Origin: Macrostomum lignano
Taxonomy: Eukaryota
Direction: 5' to 3'
Assembly: GCA_002269645.1 (NCBI GenBank)
Contig: NIVC01003305.1
Coordinates: forward strand, 1-64,000
DNA: 64,000 nucleotides
Shown: in pieces, positions 48,145 to 62,670 of the stretch
How positions within the stretch are numbered: position 1 is the first letter of the stretch
How the letters are laid out: each line of letters starts with the position of its first letter
Notes under the pieces: generated by a model
Databases searched by the model: none
Seen by the model: the letters and a program-made list of their open reading frames with translations, nothing else
What the model was told of the DNA's origin: nothing
Position numbers and translations under genes: made by a program

Positions 48145-49675
48145 TTTGCTGTAGCTATATTACAGCATTACTGTATTTACTGTAGCTATATTACAGCCTT
48201 ACTGTATTTGCTGTAGCTGCATTACAGCCTTACTGTATTTACTGTAGCTATATTACAGCATTACAGTATTTACTGCAGCTATATTACAGCATTACTGTAT
48301 TTACTGTAGCTATATTACAGCCTTACTGTATTTGCTGTAGCTGCATTACAGCCTTACTGTATTTACTGTAGCTATATTACAGCATTACTGTATTTGCTGT
48401 AGCTATATTACAGCATTACTGTATTTACTGTAGCTATATTACAGCATTACAGTATTTACTGCAGCTATATTACAGCCTTACTGTATTTACTGTAGCTATA
48501 TTACAGCATTACTGTATTTACTGTAGCTATATTACAGCATTACTGTATTTACTGTAGCTATATTACAGCATTACTGTATTTGCTGTAGCTATATTACAGC
48601 ATTACTGTATTTGCTGTAGCTATATTACAGCATTACAGTATTTACTGCAGCTATATTACAGCCTTACTGTATTTACTGTAGCTATATTACAGCATTACTG
48701 TATTTACTGTAGCTATATTACAGCCTTACTGTATTTACTGTAGCTATATTACAGCCTTACTGTATTTACTGTAGCTATATTACAGCATTACTGTATTTAC
48801 TGTAGCTATATTACAGCCTTACTGTATTTACTGTAGCTATATTACAGCCTTACTGTATTTACTGTAGCTATATTACAGCATTACTGTATTTACTGCAGCT
48901 ATATTACAGCCTTACTGTATTTACTGTAGCTATATTACAGCCTTACTGTATTTACTGTAGCTATATTACAGCATTACTGTATTTACTGTAGCTATATTAC
49001 AGCATTACTGTATTTACTGTAGCTATATTACAGCATTACTGTATTTGCTGTAGCTATATTACAGCATTACTGTATTTGCTGTAGCTATATTACAGCATTA
49101 CAGTATTTACTGCAGCTATATTACAGCCTTACTGTATTTACTGTAGCTATATTACAGCATTACTGTATTTACTGTAGCTATATTACAGCCTTACTGTATT
49201 TACTGTAGCTATATTACAGCCTTACTGTATTTACTGTAGCTATATTACAGCATTACTGTATTTACTGTAGCTATATTACAGCCTTACTGTATTTACTGTA
49301 GCTATATTACAGCCTTACTGTATTTACTGTAGCTATATTACAGCATTACTGTATTTACTGCAGCTATATTACAGCCTTACTGTATTTACTGTAGCTATAT
49401 TACAGCCTTACTGTATTTACTGTAGCTATATTACAGCATTACTGTATTTACTGTAGCTATATTACAGCCTTACTGTATTTACTGTAGCTATATTACAGCA
49501 TTACTGTATTTACTGTAGCTATATTACAGCATTACTGTATTTACTGTAGCTATATTACAGCCTTACTGTATTTACTGTAGCTATATTAAGCCTTACTGTA
49601 TTTACTGTAGCTGCATTACAGCCTTACTGTATTTACTGTAGCTATATTAAGCCTTACTGTATTTACTGTAGCTAT
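48145..49675. repeat. 31-bp minisatellite (TACTGTATTTACTGTAGCTATATTACAGCCT)
   Basis: About 49 units with an internal CTGTA...TACAG inverted motif. Confidence 0.97.
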
Positions 49676-51489
49676 GAAAGCAATAATGGTAATGAGTTTG
49701 AAATGACGAATAATGTAAGCTCGTCAGCTTTTAACAAATTCTCCGGAATGAATCCCGTTACATCTGGGGAGTTTCGAGTTCAAAAATATTCAAAGCCACT
49801 GATGCGGTACAGCTAACTGCCTGCCGATAGACCAATAGCGGCACTGAGCTGTGCTCAAGGGGAGGATATCCATTGCAGCACTTCCTGTTGTTTAAAGCCA
49901 TACGTAGTCCTCTCTAAATGCCTGTTTAAAACCACGCGTAGTCCTCTCTACGCTCGTAAATGCCGACCCTGCTCTCCGGCTGTCATCAGAGCGGTCCCAG
50001 TCAGAGAAAGAGAATGCGACAAGTGCCATGGATGATTGCTTGAGAATAGAGGGAAAAACAGGTACGTATCAACCTGAATTACAATTCCCCAAGTCTAATT
50101 CCCCGGCCTAAGGGACTTGCTATCCAAAGACGACGATATTCTATAGAAACCTGGACTAGATGGAAGACAGACAGGCGGCCTGAGGCCCAACTGCAATCCT
50201 GATTCACGCAAGTGGAAAATTGAAGCGCACGGAGAGGCTGCGGTACTGCATGAGGTGATTTTATTAACGGGTGTTTGCCCCTCCAATTTTTCACTTCCAC
50301 GGGCACTGGCTTCCAGTCCAGACAATCAGAGCTCCTTGGCTGGCTTATACGGCCCCCTCTACATGTATACAACGGCCGAGTTTCGACATTTGGGTCTTCC
50401 AATGTCCTGAAAACTTATTGTGCTGGACTAAAACTAGCAGGTAGGCTGGCAAGTGTTCATGTGTAGCTCTGGCTAATAAATGAAACGAATATTGAACTGG
50501 AAATTGAAACTGAAAGAAGTAAAATAATAGCTGTGCCAGGAACACCCCATAGAAACCTCCAGAGCCGCCTCCCTCGGGGAGGGGGGGGGGACGACACAAA
50601 GCTAGTCCCTTGATACTAAACTTTCCTGATCCGTGTTCTTTATCTTGCATTGAATGCAAACAGAATCCCCCCAGCGCATAGATATGACTGCGGCCTGGCC
50701 CGAGTGACAGCAGCGCGGAACTCGTCTGAGCAGTCAGCCCTCTCAAGCTTCAAAATGGGAAGAATGGGATTATAGAGCTCGCTATAGCGCGTGTATGTGT
50801 GGTTAGGGGAAGTGGGGAAATTGAGGGTGCAGGGGGAAGACTTGCCCCGGGGGAAAGGGCCGGGAGAATAGGGAAGAGAGACAGATGAGGAAGGGACGAG
50901 AGTGAGATCTTGCGTGGCGTGTGAAGTCTCTGGCGGGGACGACTGCTGGCCTCTCTGCTTTATAATACATAACACACACACACACTGGGCCCAGTGAGCA
51001 GTAGGGAGCTCTTTCATCATCCATATATACATAATCTGCAATAGGCAGCAGCCTGAGCGAAGTGTTAGTGTGTTGAGCATTCCCTATCCCTTACCGCCAC
51101 TCCCCAGCCAGCCAGCACAACAAAAATTGTTCCCGGGATCTGATCCCGGGAGGTGGCAGGCCGGGCGTTGAAGGGCAAATTGCCTAATCTCCCAGCTCCC
51201 CAGATGATGGCAGGGCGATAATCTGCATTCCTCAATCTGCTCAGCCACCACTGAGCTGTAGCTGAGCTGGGAGGGTTGGGGAAGGCAGTGACCAGACAGC
51301 AGGGGAGCGAGAGTCAATCGGGATGGGAGAATGACTGTGGGCTGTTACCAGCCAACCATATTTATTAATTGCCTCTGCATTTTCTAGTCCAACAATTCAA
51401 GAAGGTGAGTTGAGAGCATTGCTGCGATTCAGGTTTTATATTTTGTTGGCAACACTTAAACTCCTTCACATTCCTTCGCAATTAATGTC

Positions 51490-51925
51490 ATTTGATGAGA
51501 TGAGTGTGACTTTGATGAGATGAGTGTGATTTTGATGAGATGAGTGTGGTTTTGATGAGATGAGTGTGGTTTTGATGAGATGAGTGTGGTTTTGATGAGA
51601 TGAGTGTTGTTTTGATGAGATGAGTGTGGTTTTGATGAGATGAGTGTGGTTTTGATGAGATGAGTGTGGTTTTGATGAGATGAGTGTGGTTTTGATGAGA
51701 TGAGTGTGGTTTTGATGAGATGAGTGTGGTTTTGATGAGATGAGTGTGGTTTTGATGAGATGAGTGTTGTTTTGATGAGATGAGTGTGGTTTTGATGAGA
51801 TGAGTGTGGTTTTGATGAGATGAGTGTGGTTTTGATGAGATGAGTGTGGTTTTGATGTGATGAGTGGCTCCTTGATGTGATGAGTGGCCCCTTGATGTGA
51901 TGAGTGGCTCCTTGATGTGATGAGT
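51490..51925. repeat. 20-bp minisatellite (TTTGATGAGATGAGTGTGGT)
   Basis: Tandem units visible. Confidence 0.95.
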
Positions 51926-52044
51926 GGCGATTGGATCCTGTTGCAGATGCTGGACACATGCCAGCGGTCCTTACAGGCTAATATTGCAGTCTTGCTTAAT
52001 CAAATACCAGCTCGTACTCAGAGAATACTGAATCGTTTCCTCAC

Positions 52045-52234
52045 CTCGGACGGCTTGCCACCGCCGCTGCTCTTTCGTTTGTTCGACTGGGCTGAGGCTG
52101 AGGTTCTGTTAGTGCTGCTGTCGCCGCTGCTGTTGCTGCTGCTGCTGCTGCTGATGCTGCTGCTGTTGTTGTTCGTTTTGTCTAGTTTGGCGCCTTGTAC
52201 TTCTTCTGGCGCTGGAGTTGACTCCGACGGATGG

Positions 52235-52268
<34 letters not shown>

Positions 52269-52500
52269 GCGATTCGGGAGACGCCGGGGGTGTCAGCGGG
52301 GCGGAGTCCTCGCTGATGATTGCGGCGGCGGCGGCGGTCTGTTTCGGAGCGGCAGCTATCGATGCTTCCGAGCCATTGCGAAGGTCGCCAGCCGTCTCCA
52401 GGTCCTGACTGTCCTCTTGCTGCTGCGACAGCACCTCGCAAGTCTTGGATTTCCGTTTGATCTTCATTCTGAGAGCGGGGGAGTCCTTGTCTGTAGCCAT
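52045..52500 (-). CDS. ZNF608: ZNF608/609-like protein, exon 1
   Basis: ATG at 52500; PALRMKIKRK resembles the family LKMKIKR motif; Pro and Ser tracts. Ends SE|gtgagg in phase 0, in frame with exon 2. Confidence 0.75.
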
Positions 52501-53256
52501 GCTCTCCCGGCTGTGTGTTTAAAACTAGACGCGGATTTTATCGCACAGATTGACAGGCGGGTGAAATTTATTAATATGCAATCGCCAGCGCTGGGCCAGC
52601 GGGCTTGCAGAGGGGGGGGGGCACAAGTGGAGCGGCAATTACACAAAGGCCAGGACAGAGAGACTGTGAGAATTGCGGCCCCGCAGTTTTGGCTTGTGTG
52701 GCTTGAGTGAATGAGAGTGGCAGTGGGGTGGGGGCGGTCGAAAGGAAAAGGTTGGCAAGATGATCGGTAGAGGGTTGAGCTGCAACAGCAAATACGAATA
52801 GGGCACTGGAGTTTTTACTGCAAAGAGAGGCCACAAATGAGGGCGTGGTGGTGAAGGAAGGCTGTCTGCCAAGGCTGGCCCGCGGTTGGCTGAGTCGTGA
52901 CGAACCAATCGAAAGCGTCCAGGGTCTTGGTGGGTAGGGGTGGGAGAGTCAAAGCTGCAAGCGGTCAGGAAAGGAAGGGCCACAATCCAGCGTATGATAT
53001 TATTGATTCACTAATAAAGTGGCCAGCAAATCTTCGTGACTGACTGAGGGGCCGGCAGTTCTGCTTTGGTTAGCCTAATTCGACTGGCTTTTAGTAGAGT
53101 AAAATGTTGATCAGTTAGCAGAGTCAGCTGGTAAAATGTTTAGCACTTATAGATTATCAAGTCGGTGGAGACTTAGTGTAGTTTGACTGGTTCTTATCAA
53201 CTGAAGGCCTTGGGAAACCGAAATCATAAGCACAAATTAATAAAACCTTACGCCAT

Positions 53257-53672
53257 TCAGTGGGCGCCAGTACACCCCTCCGTCCTTCAGTGGGCGCCAG
53301 TACACCTCTCCATCAGTCAGTGAGAGCCAGTACACCTCTCCATCAGTCAGTGAGAGCCAGTACACCCCCATCAGTCAGTGAGAGCCAGTACACCTCTCCA
53401 TCAGTCAGTGAGAGCCAGTACACCTCTCCATCAGTCAGTGAGAGCCAGTACACCTCTCCATCAGTCAGTGAGAGCCAGTACACCCCCATCAGTCAGTGAG
53501 AGCCAGTACACCCCCATCAGTCAGTGAGAGCCAGTACACCCCCATCAGTCAGTGAGAGCCAGTACACCTCTCCATCAGTCAGTGAGAGCCAGTACACCCC
53601 CATCAGTCAGTGAGAGCCAGTACACCTCTGTATCAGTCAGTGAGAACAAGTACACCTCTGTATCAGTCAGTG
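53257..53672. repeat. 28-30-bp minisatellite (CAGTCAGTGAGAGCCAGTACACCTCTCCAT)
   Basis: Tandem units visible. Confidence 0.92.
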
Positions 53673-54321
53673 GTGCCAGTGCCTCCTCCCCATTATGAAT
53701 ATGTTATATTTTTAATTGCCCAGAGCAGACCCGATTGCAGCAGACTACACCGAAGTTTGCAGAAAAACTCTGCAGCAAAAAAACTTTCTCAAGAAATCGT
53801 ATTTTCCAACAAGTTTCAAAGCATTCTCCTGCCAAGCTCAAGTTCACGCAGACAGCTTGTATATGCGGCAGTGAGGCAGAGTCCCAGCCACTTGAATGGC
53901 GTGCTGGCGAGGCCCGAACAGCTATCTGCATTGTGCAAACACAGTATATTGGGCTTCTATTTCTGTGTTCTTATCTGCCCGGCTCTGTCTATTTCTTTAT
54001 TCGATTTTCTGTTCTCTGCACAATGCTCTGCAGTCCAGCAGTGCCTGACACCTTGAAGAGCGCGTTGAGTGACTATAGAGTGAGGTGGCGGCTGCCGAAT
54101 GAGAAAAATAAGTGGCTTCAGCACAAAGTGCCAGCAGCAGCAAAGTCTGCAGAGTGCAAAGAACAAATTGGACTGTCTAAGAGCCAGGTGCTGCTAGCTG
54201 AGGGCTTGAGGCTTTTTCAACATTCGTTCAATGACAAGTTGGAACCCTTAATTAAACTAATTAAAATGCAACTTCTTAATCCGCTTTTGCCCAGGCTCTC
54301 GATTTCTATTTATCGCGCTAG

Positions 54322-55520
54322 ATCTCTCCCCATCTCCCCACTCTCTTCTCATCTCCCCACTCTCTCCCCATCTCCCCACTCTCTCCTCATCTCCCCACTC
54401 TCTCCCCATCTCCCCACTCTCTCCTCATCTCCCCACTCTCTCCCCATCTCCCCACTCTCTCCCCATCTCCCACTCTCTCCCCATCTCCCCACTCTCTCCT
54501 CATCTCCCCACTCTCTCCCATCTCCCCACTCTCTCCCCATCTCCCACTCTCTCCCCATCTCCCCACTCTCTCCTCATCTCCCCACTCTCTCCCCATCTCC
54601 CCACTCTCTCCCCATCTCCCACTCTCTCCCCATCTCCCCACTCTCTCCTCATCTCCCCACTCTCTCCCCATCTCCCCACTCTCTCCCCATCTCCCACTCT
54701 CTCCCCATCTCCCCACTCTCTCCTCATCTCCCCACTCTCTCCCCATCTCCCCACTCTCTCCCCATCTCCCACTCTCTCCCCATCTCCCCACTCTCTCCTC
54801 ATCTCCCCACTCTCTCCCCATCTCCCCACTCTCTCCCCATCTCCCACTCTCTCCCCATCTCCCCACTCTCTCCTCATCTCCCCACTCTCTCCCCATCTCC
54901 CCACTCTCTCCCCATCTCCCCACTCTCTCCCCATCTCCCCACTCTCTCCCCATCTCCCCACTCTCTCCCCATCTCCCCACTCTCTCCCCATCTCCCCACT
55001 CTCTCCCACTCTCTCCCACCCTCTCCCACACTCTCCCACCCTCTCTTCAACTCTCTCCCACTCTCTCTTCAACTCTCTCCCACTCTCTCTCACCCTCTCT
55101 CACCCTCTCTTCAACTCTCTCCCACCCTCTCTTCAACTCTCTCCCACTCTCTCTCACCCTCTCTCACCCTCTCTCACCCTCTCACACTCTCTCCCACTCT
55201 CTCCCACACTCTCCCCATCTCCCCACTCTCCCCCACCCTCTCCCACCGTCTCTTATATTCTCTCCCACCCTCTCCCGCCCTCTTCCACTCTCTCCCACTC
55301 TCTCCCACCCTCTCCCGCCCTCTTCCACTCTCTCCCACTCTCTCCCACCCTCTCCCGCCCTCTTCCACTCTCTCCCACTCTCTCCCACTCTCTCCCACCC
55401 TCTCCCGCTCTCCCACTCTCTTTCACCCTCTCCCGCCCTCTTCCACCGTCTTTCACTCTCTCCCACCCTATCCCACCCTATCCCACTCTCACCCCCCTCT
55501 CCCACTCTTTCCCACTCTCT
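54322..55520. repeat. Polypyrimidine about 19-bp minisatellite (CTCTCCCCATCTCCCCACT), degenerating rightwards
   Basis: Directly visible; explains the 613-aa ORF. Confidence 0.95.
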
Positions 55521-56734
55521 CCCACCCTTGCAGATTTGCAATTAAAAATCATTGGCTACCCGTCTTCATCAAGTGACCTCACGTTCTAGGATTAGTGGAT
55601 CAGCAGGAAACCTGGTGTGGCAGCGAACTACCCAGGTCCAAACCATTAATTGTAATCCAAAAAGAAGCCAAATATGAATAGAACAAAATCAGTGACCGAT
55701 CACCCACCCCGCAAACATTGAGCATTTTCCCTGCTTAAGAACAGAGTAGCTTCTTAGCTTGTTGGCAGTTGCAGAAGAAGATAATTATCGCGGGTCGTCA
55801 TCGCGATCTAGGCGGGCTTGAGAGGACAGAAGTTGGCAGCAGGGAGGCAGCCACCCCCCCCCCAGCGCAGGCGGCCATTTGTTGTCGCCTTTCATTTGCT
55901 ATCCCATATTTGCCGGCGTCCCGACATGGGCGCGGCGCGCAGGCACGCGACAACTGTCACCGGAGCCGCGTGCCCCGCGTGTTTACTCAGGAGGCACCGC
56001 CGGCGCCCGGGGGGGGTAAGCAAAATGGGAGGAGTCTTCAAGAGAGTTCCCGGCTAAACCTAGGAGTCCCAGAGCTAGAATCTGGTTCGCACTCGGTTTT
56101 CAGACAACTAACGAAGCGTACATGTCCTATCGCCAGTAGAACGCCACAGACAATGGTGGACCTGACGTTGAAGAAAGTTGCGATGCAGATTTTTGTCTGT
56201 GCTGCATAAAGATTGGGGGAAGAGAGTCAGCAATCCAAGTTCCGGTTCTCGGGTCTCCCTGGCTGAACCCGCCGCCGCCTTCATTTGTCCCAGCAGAGAG
56301 TTTTTCCCCTCGGCTTTTCTAACTCCCCACCCTCCCCAGCTGCATGCTTCCTTGTCTTCCCAAACCCCTGGGGGGCCGTCGGGTGAAGTCAGATTTCGTT
56401 AACTTGCGGATTTTGTTGGGCTATCAGGCTAAATCTGTGTCCCACGGTCAGTGACGTCATGCCCTGCGAATGGACGATGGGCAAAGCTGATAGTATGTAG
56501 GGATGGGTCTGTGGAATCAGTGCTGATTGAACACATTGCCGCGTCAGCCTGTTTGTCATCCCACTAAGCAGGCTAGATTCCGAACTCTTACAGAGGCGGG
56601 CTTAGCAACTGCTGAAGGCAGGCTCAGTCACGGTGCCCTCTGGTTCTCCATTTCACTTTACTTGGGGATTTCAATGCGATTTTATTCAGTTCAAATTATC
56701 CTTACCCATTTCCCAATAGGTACTTTGGGATTTT

Positions 56735-57270
56735 ATAGTTGGGATTTTACAGTTGGGATTTTACAGTTGGGAGTTTACAGATGGGATTTTACAGTTGGGA
56801 TTTAACAGTTGGGAGTTTACAGATGGGATTTTACAGTTGGGATTTAACAGTTGGGATTATAAAGTTGGGATTTTACAGTTGGAATTATAGGTTGGAATTT
56901 TACAGATGGGATTTTACAGTTGGGATTTTACAGTTGGGAGTTTACAGATGGGATTTTACAGTTGGGATTTTACAGTTGGGAGTTTACAGATGGGATTTTA
57001 CAGTTGGGATTTAACAGTTGGGATTATAAAGTTGGGATTTTACAGTTGGAATTATAGGTTGGAATTTTACAGATGGGATTTTACAGTTGGGATTTTACAG
57101 TTGGGAGTTTACAGATGGGATTTTACAGTTGGGATTTTACAGTTGGGATTTTACAGTTGGGATTTTACAGTTGGGATTATAAAGCTGGGATTTTACAGTT
57201 GGGATTATAAAGCTGGGATTTTACAGTTGGAATTATAAAGTTGGGATTTTACAGTTGGGATTTTACTGTT
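56735..57270. repeat. 14-bp minisatellite (TTTACAGTTGGGAT) with repeated variant blocks
   Basis: Directly visible. Confidence 0.92.
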
Positions 57271-57715
57271 GAAATTTAGAATACCTTTAAATGATTTCTA
57301 GAAAAATGTTATGCTTTATGCATTTTACGAAACAGAGTTTAAAAATATTTACCAGCGAGATTTAATGTTCTTAAGCAAGTTGTTTTTGCTTGTTAATGTT
57401 TTCCCTAATATCTACCATGTCAGACGTTAATTTTATGCCCACCAAAGCAGAGACAAACTAGCCCAGCGGATGAAGCAAGTCCAGCCTCACTCTCTGAAGT
57501 TCTTTCTCTCCATTTTCTTTCTTCATCCTCCTAAGCCAGCAATCGATAAAGGCTAGAGATGAGGCCACCGGAGAGCGAGGACCTGCAGGGACTGATTGAG
57601 GACGAACTGCAGTCAGGCTTTTTTGGGCTCACAGCCACCGCACAGGGAGCGAGCAGCGAGGTTTGGCTGGCAATTTGAAGAATAGGTCGAATTGCTGGTG
57701 GGGAGCGGCTGGAGA

Positions 57716-58700
57716 CTGAGTGACTCACTGAGTGAGTGAGCCATAACTGATGAGTGAGTGAGTGAGTGAGCAATAACTGATGAGTGAGCGAGTGAGTGAG
57801 CAATAACTAATGAGTGAGCGAGTGAGTGAGCCATAACTAATGAGTGAGTGAGTGAGCCATAACTGATGAGTGAGTGAGTGAGTGAGCCATAACTGATGAG
57901 TGAGTGAGTGAGTGAGCAATAACTGATGAGTGAGCGAGTGAGTGAGCAATAACTAATGAGTGAGCGAGTGAGTGAGCCATAACTAATGAGTGAGTGAGTG
58001 AGCCATAACTGATGAGTGAGTGAGTGAGTGAGCAATAACTGATGAGTGAGCGAGTGAGTGAGCAATAACTAATGAGTGAGCGAGTGAGTGAGCCATAACT
58101 AATGAGTGAGTGAGTGAGCCATAACTGATGAGTGAGTGAGTGAGTGAGCCATAACTGATGAGTGAGTGAGTGAGTGAGCCATAACTGATGAGTGAGTGAG
58201 TGAGCCATAACTGATGAGTGAGTGAGCCATAACTGGTGAGTGAGTGAGTGAGCCATAACTGATGAGTGAGTGAGTGAGTGAGCCATAACTGATGAGTGAG
58301 TGAGTGAGTGAGCCATAACTGATGAGTGAGTGAGTGAGCCATAACTGATGAGTGAGTGAGCCATAACTGGTGAGTGAGTGAGTGAGCCATAACTGATGAG
58401 TGAGTGAGTGAGTGAGCCATAACTGATGAGTGAGTGAGTGAGTGAGCCATAACTGATGAGTGAGTGAGTGAGTGAGCCATAACTGATGAGTGAGTGAGTG
58501 AGTGAGCCATTACTGATGAGTGAGTGAGTGAGCCATAACTGATGAGTGAGTGAGTGACTGAGTGAGTGAGTGACTGAGTGAGTGAGTGACTGAGTGAGTG
58601 AGTGCCTGAGTGAGTGAGTGAGTGAGTGAGTGAGTGAGTGAGTGAGTGAGTGACTGAGTGAGTGAGTGACTGAGTGAACGAGTGAGTGAGTGAGTGAGCC
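57716..58700. repeat. (GAGT)n-based 22-30-bp minisatellite (GAGTGAGTGAGCCATAACTGAT)
   Basis: Directly visible. Confidence 0.95.
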
Positions 58701-59139
58701 AGCCATAACCAAGCCGTACTGGGACAATAACCGATGGAGATAAAAGAAATCTATCAATGCCGCACAGCATATAGAAAAGCAGAAACTGAACGAGAGAGGA
58801 GAGGCAGAAATGGGAGAAGTGGAAGCGAGACGGTCTGTGGGGAGAATTTGGCCCAAATATCAGCCAGTGTTTACTGCCTCTATTCCCAATTCACCGCCCG
58901 CAGCCTCTTTCCGGTTGAGCTTCCTCACCAAGCTTCATGAGCAGCTTGAGCCCAACTTCTGAGCACGCAGTCTGCGCCGCTCTCAGCCATCCACTCTTTG
59001 CAGCCCTCAGCAGACGAACCCACCAGGCAAAACCTCAGTGCAACAAACAGCCCGCTATGAAAGTCTGCTGCGATTGTTCAGAAAAAATAGCAATGAGAAA
59101 ATAGAAACCCTTAAGTTATTTCCTTTTGCGGGGCAACTG

Positions 59140-60714
59140 GCCCCTCTAGAACTATCCGGGGCAACTGACCCCTCTAGAACTATCCGGGGCAACTGACCCC
59201 TCTAGAACTATCCGGGGCAACTGACCCCTCTAGAACTATCCGGGGCAACTGACCCCTCCAAAACTATCTGGGGCAACTGACCCCTCTAAAACTATCTGGG
59301 GCAACTGACCCCCTATAAGTATCTGAGGGGCAACTGACCCCTCTAGAACTATCCGGGGCAACTGACCCCTCTAAAACTATCTGGGGCAACTGACCCCTAT
59401 AAGTATCTGAGGGGCAACTGACCCCTCTAGAACTATCCGGGGCAACTGACCCCTCTAGAACTATCTGGGGCAACTGACCCCCTATAAGTATCTGAGGGGC
59501 AACTGACCCCTCTAGAACTATCCGGGGCAACTGACCCCTCTAGAACTATCTGGGGCAACTGACCCCCTATAAGTATCTGAGGGGCAACTGACCCCTCTAG
59601 AACTATCCGGGGCAACTGACCCCTCTAAAACTATCTGGGGCAACTGACCCCCTATAAGTATCTGAGGGGCAACTGACCCCTCTAAAACTATCTGGGGCAA
59701 CTGACCCCCTATAAGTATCTGAGGGGCAACTGATCCCTCTAGAACTATCCGGGGCAACTGACCCCTCTAAAACTATCTGGGGCAACTGACCCCCTATAAG
59801 TATCTGAGGGGCAACTGACCCCTCTAGAACTATCTGGGGCAACTGACTCCTCTAGAACTATCTGGGGCAACTGACCCCTCTAGAACTATCTGGGGCAACT
59901 GACCCCCTATAAGTATCTGAGGGGCAACTGACCCCTCTAGAACTATCCGGGACAACTGACCCCTCTAAAACTATCTGGGGCAACTGACCCCCTATAAGTA
60001 TCTGAGGGGCAACTGACCCCTCTAGAACTATCCGGGACAACTGACCCCTCTAAAACTATCTGGGGCAACTGACCCCCTATAAGTATCTGAGGGGCAACTG
60101 ACCCCTATAAGTATCTGAGGGGCAACTGACCCCCTATAAGTATCTGAGGGGCAACTGACCCCCTATAAGTATCTGAGGGGCAACTGACCCCCTATAAGTA
60201 TCTGAGGGGCAACTGACCCCCTATAAGTATCTGAGGGGCAACTGACCCCTATAAGTATCTGAGGGGCAACTGACCCCCTATAAGTATCTGAGGGGCAACT
60301 GACCCCCTATAAGTATCTGAGGGGCAACTGACCCCTATAAGTATCTGAGGGGCAACTGACCCCCTATAAGTATCTGAGGGGCAACTGACCCCCTATAAGT
60401 ATCTGAGGGGCAACTGACACCCTATAAGTATCTGAGGGGCAACTGACCCCTATAAGTATCTGAGGGGCAACTGACCCCCCTATAAGTATCTGAGGGGCAA
60501 CTGACCCCCTATAAGTATCTGAGGGGCAACTGACCCCCCTATAAGTATCTGAGGGGCAACTGACCCCCTATAAGTATCTGAGGGGCAACTGACCCCCTAT
60601 AAGTATCTGAGGGGCAACTGACCCCCCTATAAGTATCTGAGGGGCAACTGACCCCCCTATAAGTATCTGAGGGGCAACTGACCCCCCTATAAGTATCTGA
60701 GGGGCAACTGACCC
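59140..60714. repeat. 28/29-bp two-monomer minisatellite sharing GGGCAACTGACCCC
   Basis: Type A ends tctagaactatccg; type B ends ctataagtatctgag. Confidence 0.95.
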
Positions 60715-61404
60715 AACCTCAAGAGTCAGAAGCAGTCGACTTCATTACCCCAGCCCTGTGAAAGTGTTTAGCAAGTTGTAAAAGGAACGCTTGTACTCAA
60801 GCATTAGTCGCATAACTGTTAACAATAGTAAGACTCAAGAACCTTGACAGCTGAGTGAGGCAAAGGCAATTTGAGAGCAACAGAAAGAAACGAAGCAGGA
60901 CGAGTAAAACAGTAAAGAAAAGTTGCTCTGGTTGCAAACAGCAAAGCCAATTTCAGCACGAGTGGCTCGCTTTCGCAATTGTCTAAAGCTAAAAGGCCTC
61001 CCTAGCCTCCAAGGCTCGCGCAGGGCATGTGCGACAGGCAGCCTCGCTGCTTAATCAAACAGGACTGGTTAACAAGCTTTTCCGAAGCACCGCGTGGGGC
61101 CCCGACATCTCAGCTTCTCTCTCTCTGTCCCCCACCTTCCCCGCTTTGGCCCAGCTGTGAGGGCGCACTGGAATGCAGACCATATAAGCTATTAAATGCG
61201 GGGCCAGGGGGAATGAGAGAAAACAGTTTCTTCAATTGCTTGCCAGCTCTCTCTCATTCTAAGCCTGTCTGCAGCACCACTGGGGCAGACGGAGTGTGCG
61301 GATTTAGCGGGTATACGGACTGCTGGCAGATAAGATATGCCATGGGGTGTTTACGGCCTTGACCAGAGTACAGGGCTGTCACTTCACAGTTCCTAGCTGG
61401 TCTG

Positions 61405-62590
61405 CTGTATGTGGTCTGGTGAGTGACCCATGTGGTCTGGTGAGTGTGTGACCCATGTGGTCTGGTGAGTGTGTGACCCATGTGGTCTGGTGAGTGAGTG
61501 ACCCATGTGGTCTGGTGAGTGTGTGACCCATGTGGTCTGGTGAGTGTGTGACCCATGTGGTCTGGTGAGTGTGTGACCCATGTGGTCTGGTGAGTGTGTG
61601 ATCCATGTGGTCTGGTGAGTGTGTGACCCATGTGGACTGGTGAGTGTGTGGCCTATGTGGTCTGGTGAGTGTGTGACCCATGTGGTCTGGTGAGTGTGTG
61701 GCCCATGTGGTCTGGTGAGTGTGTGACCCATGTGGACTGGTGAGTGTGTGGCCTATGTGGTCTGGTGAGTGTGTGACCTATGTGGTCTGGTGAGTGTGTG
61801 ACCCATGTGGTCTGGTGAGTGAGTGACCCATGTGGTCTGGTGAGTGTGTGACCCATGTGGTCTGGTGAGTGTGTGACCCATGTGGTCTGGTGAGTGAGAG
61901 ACCCATGTGGTCTGGTGAGTGTGTGACCCATGTGGTCTGGTGAGTGTGTGACCCATGTGGTCTGGTGAGTGTGTGACCCATGTGGTCTGGTGAGTCTGTG
62001 ACCCATGTGGTCTGGTGAGTGTGTGACCCATGTGGTCTGGTGAGTGTGTGACCCATGTGGTCTGGTGAGTGTGTGACCCATGTGGTCTGGTGAGTGTGTG
62101 ACCCATGTGGTCTGGTGAGTGAGTGACCCATGTGGACTGGTGAGTGTGTGGCCTATGTGGTCTGGTGAGTGTGTGACCCATGTGGTCTGGTGAGTGTGTG
62201 ACCCATGTGGTCTGGTGAGTGTGTGACCCATGTGGTCTGGTGAGTGAGTGACCCATGTGGTCTGGTGAGTGTGTGGCCTATGTGGTCTGGTGAGTGTGTG
62301 ACCCATGTGGTCTGGTGAGTGTGTGACCCATGTGGTCTGGTGAGTGAGTGACCCATGTGGTCTGGTGAGTGTGTGACCCATGTGGTCTGGTGAGTGTGTG
62401 ACCCATGTGGTCTGGTGAGTGAGTGACCCATGTGGTCTGGTGAGTGTGTGACCCATGTGGTCTGGTGAGTGTGTGACCCATGTGGTCTGGTGAGTGTGTG
62501 ACCCATGTGGTCTGGTGAGTGAGTGACCCTTGTGGTCTGGTGAGTGTGTGACCCATGTGGTCTGGTGAGTGTGTGACCCATGTGGTCTGG
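61405..62590. repeat. 25-bp minisatellite (GTGTGACCCATGTGGTCTGGTGAGT)
   Basis: About 47 units. Confidence 0.97.
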
Positions 62591-62594
62591 TCCG

Positions 62595-62670
62595 TGGCCT
62601 ACTCAGCGCCTGATGCCCATGGCCTACTCAGTGCCTGATGCCCATGGCCTACTCAGTGCCTGATGCCCAT
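62595..62670. repeat. 25-bp repeat x3 (GGCCTACTCAGTGCCTGATGCCCAT)
   Basis: Three tandem copies. Confidence 0.85.
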
